Assembly: GCF_036588685.1 (NCBI RefSeq)
Contig: NC_086377.1
Location: forward strand, 12,896,001 to 12,960,000
DNA from: Mytilus trossulus
Taxonomy: Eukaryota
Reading direction: 5' to 3'
DNA: 64,000 bases
Under the pieces are notes generated by a model that saw only the letters and a list, made by a program, of their open reading frames with translations, was not told the origin of the DNA and ran no database searches. Within the stretch, counting starts at the first letter, position 1, and the number at the start of each line of letters is the position of its first letter. Made by a program: the position numbers and the translations under genes. Below are positions 52,548 to 64,000 of this stretch, in pieces.

Positions 52548-55500
52548 AGCTGGAGTCACACATTCACGATTTTTACTGCCGTCCTTGACAAATAGGCGAG
52601 TGTAATATTTGAAAAAGACGTCTAGTTAAGGACTTTAATGCACCCACCTAACACACGGCTAATTTCTTTTTTAAATGAAAGAATATTGATTTAACTTTGT
52701 TTTTTGCCCGGTCGTCACAAAATTGTACGGTGCAGTTTTTGTAAAATTGACGTTTATTTCAGAAATTAGTTGAAAATTATAAAATTACGACATATTTTTC
52801 AAGCAAAAGATATTAGTAGTATCTCATCTTTTAGACAGAATAATTAAGTGAATTAGATTCTTAAAATAATGAAAAACAATACTTACAACTGTAAGTCCGC
52901 ATGCTTTTGCATTCCTTCTAAATATTTGACATTTTGTACGAAAATTTTCATAATCCTGATCTTTTCGGATCTACAATTATTTTTTTATTAAATGCTTTTG
53001 CAAACTATCCGTTTTAGAACACACCTAATTACTCAACAGTTATCGTTTTTTCATTCAAGATCAAAACTTTATCTCAACATTTCTTAAAATCACGAATTTC
53101 TGTAATTTTATGATGTTTGGTAAAATCACTATAATAGTTTCCGGAATCCCTTATCTATTTCGTTATCGTTTTATTACTGAATATATTAGTCGATTTCCGT
53201 GTACTTAATAGTGCTATTAGAGTACGATAAATCATATTTAAACGGTTCTATTTCTATCTTTAAGTTCAGTGTAGCTTAAATAAATATAAAATCGTCCAAA
53301 TTTAAGATCAAATCAAAGTAAAACATAGTTTTTGAATTCTGAAGAATTCACGCCTTTCTAAATAAGGAATCGTATCGGAAAATTGTCGAAAATCTTCCGA
53401 GTCGTGTCAAATTTTCAAAGTCCAGTTCACAATCAAACCCTTCCTATGCTAAACAGCAAAAACTATCCATTGATTGACACAGATGCATAGTCTGTCATGC
53501 ATTTACTACATAGAAACTATGTAGTTTAACACTTAAGAATGAAGATACAGTTGTATTGCCGCAGTGGGAAAACGAAAAGATGAAGTTTACAGAAGACTGG
53601 TCGATGAATATGAAAAAAAAGAAAAACATCCAATTTGAAAATACAAAAATCATAAGAGTTGCTATAAATATTTCAAAAGTAAGCTTTGTCTGTACAAAGA
53701 CTTTGTACTTCTTGACCAATTTTACCGACCAATCTCTTTTCATATATCAACGAGGGCAGTAGATCTACAACTCATTCTGATTTTTCTGTGTATATTTTGC
53801 AAATATATAAAGCCTATAAGCAAGTAACACAACTTCATAAGGTATCTTCTGAGGAGCAAACTCAAGTTGTATTGAGTGCTACTACATATATCTCCTACAA
53901 TGATCTGAATAACTCATCATAATTTTACTATTAAATCTTTATACCTTCGAGCTTGTATCGCTAAATATTTGCTACAAAATTTGAAATCAGAAAGTAAGGA
54001 GCTATTTTAAACTGAGCATAAAACAGCTTTTACTAACATTTCGACGAGCCTGTACAAAAGGAAGTATTCTGGTTAACAACTTTACTGACTACTTGATCAG
54101 TTAACCGGGCTTAATTTCTGCTCGATGATCGCCGCCGAGAAAACTACATAACATATTATCAGCTTCAACAAAAAACTAAAAAATGTTAATTTATAGTTAT
54201 ATGTATACAGCCTCAACAAGACCAAGGTAAATCCATTATCGTATACAGTATCTCTATAATGTTGTCTTATGTCGTAATGACGGAAAATTACCCGTATGAC
54301 TGTGATATATAGTCTGTCAATTTAAAAGATCTGAGCAGTGACTGCGAAACTGGTTGCAAGCACTTTATGCAGCTACTAGTATTTTACAGAAGCAGGTATA
54401 GGGTACAGTTGTAATTCAATCAGATGAATATCCATTATCTAAAACATTTCACTGGACTCTTCACTTGAAATTATGCCACCTGCTTTAAAAATATTTCTGT
54501 ATTGTCTTTTGGATGATGGCGCATCTGCGACAGCCAATAAAGCGTACAATATTCCTATTGACAAAGTTCTTAGATATATGGCTTTAGTAGAGTGTATATT
54601 ATCTATAAATATTGTTTACTCTATTTCATTTATGTTTATCATTACAAATGCACCGTATTGATGGACACACCTTTGATAACTATTAAACAAGTTTGACTGA
54701 TCAGGAGATTAGAAAAAAATTAAAATGGGTCATACATTCTACATGGCATTATTTTTCTTCTGGGGGTCAAATTTTATCCAAGACAATGTCGACCTAACAA
54801 CAAAAAACAATAAGTTCTCCGTATGAATTTGGTTGGCTAAACTTCTTGAATATATTTCGAAGCTAAGTATGACGTCCATTATCATTTCAAACTAGTACAT
54901 TTCTGTTTAGGGGCCAGCTGAAGAACGCCTCCAGGTTTTGGAGTTTCTTGCTGCATTGATGACCCATTTGGTGGTCTTCGTTGTCTGCTTTTTGAACGGG
55001 TTGGTGACTAATTGACATATCCCTTATGTCTATTCCCAATTTTTAATTCAATCTGTATATATTAGATCTTAATATGTCCGCTTTGAGCAAAACCTCTGCT
55101 GTACTGATATGTACCCATGACAAGGAAGTTGTCTTTGTATGGATATGTTGACCGATATTAAAGAATGATGAGAGTACAAGTTAAAGTGAAGCTATAATAT
55201 TCCGATATCGCATTATTCCGACACCTAAATGGTCAAACATCCCATTGGTCCGACGTTTCGATCATTAAGGTTATACGCTAACGAGATTTTAACATAAGAA
55301 AGCCAAATAAAAGGTTCATTATTAGGATAACCTTAAAAGTTTCCTCCCTTTTGAAGCGGTGAAACAAGATATAAAACAGTTATTCTTAGTGCCAAAGTAG
55401 CCGAACGTCATCACTAGCGTAATTTAAAAAAAGTACAAACTACTTTGTCAAGTCTCGCTACATTGAATATCTGTTGGTGACCTTCTGCTGTTGTTTTTTG

Positions 55501-57381
55501 CTATGGTCGGGTTGTTGTCTCTTTGACACATTGCCAATTTCCATTCTCAATTTTATTTGATTACTTAGTTATCTCAAAATACACGGCGGCCGACTAAAGT
55601 AAAATCAAACACAATTTGACGTACAATGAGTGATTATATTTTCCTTGTGGTGGTTTATATTAAAATTGTCAATTTGTTGATATAAATATACTAGTAGCAC
55701 TTTACTCATTTTAGTAATGTAAGTTAGTACTCTTGATCATATCTGATTTAGTGATGTAAATTGATTGCGGTAGGATCCAGACTCAACATATTGCACTACA
55801 CAATAATAAAAAAAATTGTTGAAGCAGTTGGCAGGCTTTCAAACTAATAGGAGACCATACGCGTACGCTTTCTCAATTTTATTGTACAGCTCATCATGGG
55901 ACTTTTCTAAACAATTAAAAATACGTCATATGTTATATTTTCCCCTTGCTTCTTATATTTTATTTCGAAATATTTATATCAAATTTAAATATATTTGTAA
56001 ATACGTGAAATCAAATGATTTGAAGGTATTATAAGATTTAGATAATGCAAGGGCGACTATAGATACATGTTTGTGACTTAATGATTGATTTTCAAAGACT
56101 CCGAGAGAAAACGTTACGTAAAATGCGTTACCGTTAAAATCAACCAAAATGAATTAATACTATGATAGAAATATATTTTCCCAACAGTAATACAGCATTT
56201 CTATAAAATTGTTTCGTTTTTGCATTTGTATTGAATCGATTTTTCAACTGGAAGTATCCGAGAATTGAAATTGCACCCATGACCTTTGACCTCGATTTAA
56301 AAAAAAATGCACCATACTTTCTTTTGACGACCGGGATATTTAGAAGTTACACACTCTTAGCTTTCCAGTGATATATAATTTTGCCGTGTGTTAGATAGGT
56401 GCATTTAAAATGTAAATTTGGCTATCATATCACTCGCCTAAAGACCATTCCCGATTAAAATTTGTTAAAAGTCTCATCAAGATCCTGTGAATCGTGGATG
56501 GAAATTCAAACTTTAATTAAAATTTGTCAAACAAATAATTTAATCACGACAACAATCAGATATTGTCCAGGAAGCGCCGATATTCCAAGCGAATCTATCC
56601 CGATAATCCCGTTCTCAATCCGCTTCTAGTCCAATTTGTATCTTTCGCCAGGTAAATTTCGACCGAGCCTGTTACGACTGCGTCCCGATTTTACCGAATG
56701 TAATCCGACAGAGATCAGACAGTGACTAGACAGTGAACCGACGCTGACGGAAGTTATCCGTTCGAAAATTGTCAGCATAATCGGGATCAGTAGGTAATGT
56801 CGGAACGTTATCCTATCACGGTCCGCTCTATCGTATTGCAAACGGCTTTGTCTGGTCTCAGTCGTATAGTAATTTGTAATTGTCGGGACTCTGACGTGGG
56901 TATTATTGACGAATTTCGTATTAATAACGGGACTGTTCCGGAACGGTTTCGGCAAAAACGGTTCGCAATCGACAAGATATGGATGCAATCTGGACTCAAT
57001 CGGCAGAAAAAAACAATGAAAAATTTCTCCAGACTATTCCCGTTCCACAGGACACCGTTCAGAACACACAGAACATTGTTAGGATTGTGATCCGATACAG
57101 CAGAATTTGTCACGACATAGGCACGATTGTAATCCGACTAAACTAAATCGGCTAAGTTTCCCCGAATGTTACGGGACGCACCTAACTGTCGGGGTGCTTC
57201 GCCGAACTATTCGGTTCCTTCCCGACCCGTAGGAATCTGTTGCGAACTTACACGACTGCGTTCAGACAATGATAGGACATTCCAGATAATTGAGGATAGT
57301 AATCCGACTTTTTCACTTTTCGTTTCGTATCGCTGTCTGATCTCAAACGGGAGCAATAATCGGCAATGTGTGAACCCCGCA
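52548..57381. mobile_element. Harbinger-like MITE (~1 kb) split by a nested Academ-like insertion
   Basis: TTA|agctggagtcacacattcacgatt ... aatcggcaatgtgtgaaccccgca|TTA. Host parts are 52548-52592 and 56441-57381. Confidence 0.7.
52593..56440 (+). mobile_element. Academ-like DNA transposon, internally deleted, with transposase remnant (~53500-54660)
   Basis: TIR taggcgagtg...aatgcacc.a.ctaacacacggc at both ends. Decayed coding motifs AAVGKRKDEVYRRL, HKSCYK, IFCKY..YKQVTQLHKVSS, RACIAKYL, QGKSIIVYS, LYAATSIL and PPALKIFLYCLLDD. Confidence 0.7.
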
Positions 57382-58289
57382 TTAAGCAGAACTTATTATT
57401 GTGGACTTTAACGGTACCGCAAAGGTGTCATGAAAACCACTTAATGTTCCAAAACAGTTCTCTTGACAGTTACTGAAAGATTTAAAGAGAGGTTAGAAGT
57501 GATCTCTACTGTATACTGTTTAAGCATATTTCATTCGTTCACAATAAAAACATGTCATCAGAATGTTTTTGGATGTTTCGAAAAAAATATGTTTAGTGTT
57601 TGCGTTTCTCGAATGACAATATAATGATTGGTTCCCGGCTATATCTATGCGACTCCAGGGACGCTCCAGAAGGTCTTCCTTTTTTTTAAACAAAATGAAT
57701 GTCCCAGTGGACTCAACTAAATATATATTGTAGAAGAATCTTAAAATGAAAATAAATCTGTCGTCGAATATTGCAGATTTTTTTTTAATATTGGATGACA
57801 TGAATGAAGTTGCCGATGATTATTAGAAAATAAGACACGTCAGTTCCAACTCTGAAGTTCGCTTGTCATGGTCAGATTTTTGGAATCCTCTGGTTTTATC
57901 CATTTGAATGCCTTAACAAAGAATTGCACATTGACCCCGAATTTTCTTTTTATAAATCTCTTACATGTATAATGATAAGCCCTTTGTAACAATTTTATTA
58001 AATATGATTTTTTTTAATAGTTTTTGAAAACTTAAACTTGTCAACGATAAATTAATGAAAAGCCAAGAGAGTGCTTATATATCTCGAAAACAGGCACATT
58101 GACCTATACATGTTTTTTGGCTCTTTTGATTCTTTTAATAATCCCCTATTATTATAATCTAGTGTTTTAAAAAGTTAAATATTTTGAAACTGAAAAGCGA
58201 CCTCTCTTAAAGTAGCATATTTTCAGATATATCTATAAACCTAAAAGTTTCATAAGATTCAAACTTACTTAACAGATTTTTAACAGTTA

Positions 58290-58760
58290 GTGGTAGGCAT
58301 GTTAGACTCTTTCGACCTAAACTCGGACTTGTGGTGAAAACAAACCATTAGTTGTTCAACATGGGCCGTTTGGCCCATTAGACATTTGACCATTACCTAT
58401 ATAATGCACCTAGAATGTAAAAAAGTATTGACGAAGGGAAATTTTGACACTCTTTGAAAAAAATTGGGGTAGGCATGTTTTACCATTTAGACCCAAGTTC
58501 GGACCTTTTGAAGACAATCATAAAATATCTATCTTTGGAGTTATGGTGAAGACAAACCATGAATTGTCCCACATTGGCCTTTATGCCCATTAAACCATTA
58601 TAGACCATTACCTATCATTTGTACCTAGTAGGTAAACAGGATTTACCATATTGAATTTTTGTAAGATTTTTAAAAATTAGGGGTAGGCAAGTTAGACCTT
58701 GCAAACCTATGGTGAGGACAAATCATGAGTTGTACCACCTGGGCCTTTTAGACCATTGAA
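58290..58760 (+). repeat. Divergent tandem repeat, ~2.5 units of ~175-215 bp
   Basis: Units start ggtaggca(t/a)gtt at ~58292, 58468 and 58682, each with tggtga..acaaa.cat and gaccattacctat. Confidence 0.75.
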
Positions 58761-59109
58761 ACTGTACTCTGTGTTTTGCATTTGGTGTTATTATACAATA
58801 AGTGTAATAACAAAATCAATTGTAGGAAGAAATCGCTCTGTTCATGACATTTTTTCTTTCTGCTTTCCTAATCCAATTTTGCTTAACCAGTCGGACTGAA
58901 CCATTTGATTTTTTTCGGGAATAATCTTAAACTATACAATAATTTGTCGATTTTTGTCTTGTATATGATATGGAGATGAAGGTGAACTTTAAAGAAACTG
59001 TGCTAGTCCTAACTTTTATTTTTATTGCAAATTTCCGATGGTCAAAAACCTTTGGATCGCATCTTTTCAAAAACCTGAATTGTAGAATACAAGGCTATTG
59101 CGTTTCTTG

Positions 59110-59255
59110 TAAAATTGCGAATTGAAATGGGGAATGTGTCAAGAAGACAACAACCCGACCACAGAACAGACAACAGCAGAAGGTCACCAATATGTCTTCA
59201 ATGCAGCGAGATATTCCCGCACCCAGATGCGTCCTTCAGACTGTTTTTGACTAAA
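59110..59255 (+). mobile_element. Interspersed repeat family B (aaaattgagaatggaaatggggaatgtgtcaaagagacaacaacccgacc)
   Basis: Reverse-complement copies at ~45110-45160, ~54865-55045 and ~55455-55555. Confidence 0.75.
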
Positions 59256-60759
59256 TATGTTGGTTATGTAGTGATTGATACTTGGGTCTTAGAGAACAAG
59301 ATTTATTTCAGTCTAAGTGTAATATTATGTTTTAAAAAGCCTTTGGACACACTTTCAGTAAGTGTACTTATTCTTATTTCGATGCTTTGTGTCTATAGCT
59401 ATTATCTAAAAATAATGTTAGTGGTTTCGTACCGATCTTTTAAGTAAATCTATTGTTACTAGTAATTGATTTTACAGTTTCTTCTTATGTTATACTGTTA
59501 CACCACTGTCCAAGTTCAAGGATGGGTTGAACGCTCACATGCATGTTTAACTCTATTTGCATGCATATTTAATTTGTATGTGTCTGTCCCAAGTTAGAAG
59601 CCTTTAGTTCCGTAGTTGTCGATGGTTCATGTCTGTCGACTGATTTTTTATTTTTTGTAAAATAAAATATAGCCAACCATACGGTATGGTTTTTTTTGTC
59701 ATTATTGAAGGCTGTATGGTTGCCTTTAATTGCTAACAACTTTATAGTCTAGAAATGCCAGGAAGCTCACAATATCTTATATGACATATGGTTTGTTTTA
59801 ATGTTTTTTTCATGTTGAAGGTAAAGTGTAAGCTCTAAGTAGGAAATCCAGTCACTGTCTAATGTCTCGTTTACACGTACAAAAATGTACATTTAATTGA
59901 ATTTGACTCGATTTATCCCCCCTTTCTATATCGGTAAAAAAGGGAAGACATAAATTGAAAACAACACACTTCGATCTAAAACTACAAATGTAATTGAGCT
60001 GAAAATTTACTTGGCCTCACATGCACTTTTATTAAGGTATCACTTATCAGTTTTATTTTTTCTGAGAAAAGTGTCTGTGCTTGACCTTTTCTTAAGTACT
60101 ACAACATTGTGCACAGTTTTTAAACAAATCAATTGATCGTGAAGGGCCGAGAAGTAGATTTTGTTATTCTCTCATGCACTGCTTGCTTGGATGCATTTAT
60201 TCTCCTCGAGTGATTTTGCGACTAAGGCAGCAACCATTTGATTTTAGGAGGGTGGGGTGGTAAAGGGGGTTATGGATTTTTCCGGACAAAATTTATTTTA
60301 ACAATTTATTTTTTTGGCGACAAGTCGAAAGCAATTTTGAGAGAGGTTGAAACAAACAAATATTTTTCTCATCTTAAAACATATTTTTCTTCCAAAAGCT
60401 GGAATCAAATCAAACTTATTAAAAAGATACATAGCTCCCCCTCCACTGCATGACCCCTCCAGGATTGGCAAAAGTTAAGAACGATAAAAAAACCAAACTA
60501 CTCGAAAACTACAAATGGGATTGTGCTGTAAATAGAAATTGACCTGTCTTACCAATAGTGCTAACTCATTGGCCAAGATTGAAATACATCATTTGTTCCA
60601 TTGGTGATTTTTTAGTCTTCCTCAAGTTAGATTTTATGGGACTTTTTTCTGTGTATATTTGGGGTATAATGCTAAAGATTCCAACTTTAAAATCTTCTGT
60701 TGCAATTACTTTCGGGTTAGGGTCAAATTTATGCTAGATTGACTGGACTAAATCTCAAT

Positions 60760-61335
60760 TTGGCGGGATGGCAGATGGGCCATAGTCCCTCCTTTTTATA
60801 TACGCATTTACATTAAGAAAAAACATTTATTAATTTGAGGAAAGTATTTATTTATTTATACCACATCAAAGTATAAAAGTAAATTAGAAAGCGAGATTTT
60901 GATTGGATAAAACAATTAATAAAGCGTAAGCTGAATTCATTTTTAGCATAAGCTAAAATATCAATTTAGCATAAGCTAAAATATCATTTTAGCATAAGCT
61001 AAAATCATTTTAGCAAAAGCTAAAATCATTTTAGCATAAGCTAAAATCATTTTAGCATAAGCTAAATTCATTTTAGCATAAGCTAAATTCATTAAGCATT
61101 TGATAAAATAAACTTTTATTTTAATATTTATGACCTTGATTCCGCGCCAACATTTATGTATAAGCTAAACAATTCAGCATATGCTAAATTGATTTTAGCA
61201 TAAGGTAAAATGAATTATGCTTATGCTAAAATCTAAAATCATTTTAGCATATGCTAAAATATAATATAGCATATGCTAAAATGATTTCAGCATATGCTTA
61301 ATTCGATGTTTATGACCCTAATTCCGCGTCATACC
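60760..61335 (-). repeat. Inverted homolog of the 44292-44852 minisatellite element
   Basis: The reverse complement matches across the minisatellite, the tttatgaccttgattccgcgcc core and the unique tail ending ccatcccgc. Confidence 0.9.
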
Positions 61336-61526
61336 TTTCTGTTGATAATTTGTGTATTTATTATACATGTATGCAACAAAAGAAAAGGCAATATCCGCTA
61401 CATTTTATGATTTTCGCATTCAAGCTTTTTATTGGATGACCATTTGAAAAAAAAAAACAGAGATTTAATGAACATTTTTAAAATATTTGGATTAAATGCC
61501 GATTACTTCATACGGCACAGTATATA

Positions 61527-63448
61527 TGTAACACACCCAAACGTGGCCTTCCCCCCAAACGTGTCCGATTCTCCCAAACGTGTCTTGTATCCCTAAACGT
61601 GTTCGAAATGTACAATATTCCCAAAACGTGTCCGATTTCATAGCCCCAAAACGTGTCCGATAATAGTTTTTCGCCCAAACGTGTCCAATATTTAGCGCAA
61701 GAACGTCTAACAAAGTTTTCATGTATTAGCTTTAGTTAATTACATGTAGGTTTTTAATGAATATCATAATTCCAAAATTTAATCTGTAATTGTTAATTAA
61801 CTGTTGACTGAAAGTGCTTATTGTTCAGTTGCAAGTATGTCATACTCATATTTATCCGAATATTGCATGGCGGTCGTTAAAGTCATAAGAAACGAGTGAC
61901 CGGTGACAATAATATTCTTACAATTCTTGAACTAATGCATACAAACATAATAAACTTAGTCTTCTGTGCACGAATTTATTATTTTTTTCGTGTAAATTCC
62001 GTATAATCGTCATTTGTTTTTTCAATCGGTCAGTGTTGTTGTGAAAATATGGCAGGTAATTAAAGTTTGTGTTTTGAAGCCGGAGTTTAACGATGGTCAC
62101 CTGTTTGTCAACAATCGACAAAAAATAAACAAAAAAGCATGGAAGAGAGCACGTGTTTAACATGTAAATTCAGATAATAGTTTATTTTAAGGACATCCAT
62201 GCGTATTGTGATCACCGGATTTTTACGAGATGGGTCACACTGAGGTCACTTTGCATACGGAAAATATGTCGGGGGAATAGCTTGCTGGAAGGAAGCATTT
62301 AAATTAAAGTAAACTTCTTCTAAATATGAATAAATTAAAGAATTTTCTTCAGAAAAAAAGTATCTGTACATACGTTTTATAATGAAAACTATCCATTAAG
62401 TTATAAAAAGCATATGCATTATTTATTTTTTTTTAGGTTTCTTATGACTTTAAGCAACATTTTTTTAAAACTTGTGTTAATAGTTCTCGATCTGAATTTG
62501 TGTGTATTTTAAAAACTCATCAAATCATAAATTGCTTATCCGTTTTTTTCATAAATTTTAGGTTTCTAGCATCACTAAAGACACACGACACACGATCAAG
62601 AGAGAAAACGTCCAGTGCAAAATACTATATGCATTGGTTTTATAGATTATAGATAACTTTCTAGACTGTTGATAGCGTATTGTCCAGTTGCAAGTACTCT
62701 AGGCATATTTAGAGAGATATAGTTTTACGTTTGCTGTATAAATTAACTTTAGACTGTTGATGGCGTATTTCCAGTTGCAAGTATTTCATGCATATTTCGA
62801 GAGAAGATACAGGTTTTAATAATTCTACTGTTTTATACTGTTTAAATTAACTTTAGACTGTTGATTGTGTATTGTCTAGTTGCCAGTATTTCATGCATGT
62901 TAAGAGAGAACGTAGGTTACACGTTTTTAATTTTTTACATTTTTACTGTATAAACTTTAGACGGTTGATTGTCCAGTTGCCGGTGTCTCACGATATTAAG
63001 AGAGAACATACAAATTTCAATAATGTGCAGAGAAAGGGACACTTTGACCCGTTAACTATACAGTTTACATACACATTTTTGCTTACAATTTACATACGAC
63101 ATATCAGATATAACGCCCCCACTTTTACCCAGTTTTAATTTTTAAAAATTGACGTACCTTATCTATATTTTTAATGAAATGGTTAAATTAGTATACGTTA
63201 ATGAAATAGCAATAACCAAAAACAGCTTGATATGAATACTTTTTTAGATTGGACACGTTTGGGGGTAAGTTGAGGAATGGACACGTTTGGGGGTTAGTTG
63301 AGGAATAGACACGTTTGGGCGTTAATACAAATCACACGCTTTGGCGATGATTTTAACTAAACATGTTTTGCAGTTCAGTGACGTTAATGTGAACACGTTT
63401 GGGGGAATCGGACATGTTTTGGGGAAGGACACGTTTCTGAGTGTTGCA
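61527..63448. mobile_element. Non-autonomous TIR DNA transposon, TGT...(G/A)CA ends, TATA flanks
   Basis: Imperfect TIR tgtaacacacccaaacgtggccttcccc / ggggaaggacacgtttctgagtgttgca; many subterminal ccaaacgtgtc motifs at both ends; TATA on both sides. Confidence 0.85.
62655..63010 (+). repeat. Four ~90-105-bp tandem repeats inside the 61527-63448 element
   Basis: tagactgttgat..(c)gtatt.tccagttgc.agta...gcat...agaga at ~62661, 62749, 62853 and 62956. Confidence 0.8.
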
Positions 63449-64000
63449 TATACACCAGATTTTTGTAACAAAAAACATGCATGGAAAAAAAGTCACCACA
63501 GGTTTATTAGTCATTCAACTTCATCTGATTCTCGGTTCAGTTTTACACACACCGCTAGACAAAGAAAGTTTCTTCTTAGATTTGTGTTGCTCTTATAATT
63601 TACGATATGGCTAATTTAAGACAGGTGTAAATCAGTGTTTAAAAAAACGAACGAACGCGTGGCTGTAGCTAAGCTTTTTTTTGTTATTGATTCAAGATAT
63701 TTCGCTGATTTAAGCAAACTTGCAATTTTTACCTTTTATAACTTAATTTGTAAGGTGATAAATACAACACACTTAATGAATTTGAAGCGTCTTATTGGAT
63801 TAGAACTGTATGGATGTGGAACTGTTTAAAGGATGTAAAGTATGCAAACTAGATATTATCGTATTTTAGATAGCTAACAATGTCAGGGAAACAATTTGAA
63901 AGGACTTAATATACTAGGATTTGAAAGAGTAAATCAATTGTTGTTCTTTGATTATATTTTCATGATTGAACAACAACATCATTAGACCTCCCTTTCTAGT

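Noticed and set aside
56626-57411. Cluster of overlapping ORFs
   Set aside because: Interior of a GC-richer MITE; no transposase motifs recognised.

Overview
AT-rich eukaryotic (animal) genomic DNA. The repeat families, the minimal-hammerhead retrozymes and the HSPA12 remnants point to a bivalve, most likely a Mytilus mussel; this assignment is inference. Contents: (1) a minus-strand spliced gene for a secreted or surface LRR protein (signal peptide + LRRNT exon, then 72-bp LRR exons, one duplicated by a ~724-bp tandem duplication); (2) a ~14-kb direct segmental duplication (~9.68-24.25 kb vs ~25.46-38.98 kb) carrying a decayed Tx1/L1-type LINE, an HSPA12 pseudogene fragment and copy-specific transposon insertions; (3) a two-exon, frameshifted gene for a type-II membrane protein with a B30.2/SPRY-like domain, whose intron holds a hammerhead retrozyme; (4) a decayed Ngaro/DIRS-type tyrosine-recombinase retrotransposon (gag, RT/RNase H, YR, SGNH hydrolase); (5) a stack of nested DNA transposons (Harbinger-, Academ- and Kolobok-like, plus three unrelated families that share TATA|TGT...ACA|TATA ends). 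The most notable observation is in the Ngaro element: one strong phase-1 splice donor inside gag matches phase-1 acceptors placed immediately before each of pol, YR and hydrolase. Most short ORFs in the supplied track are spurious. All calls were made by eye without database searches.
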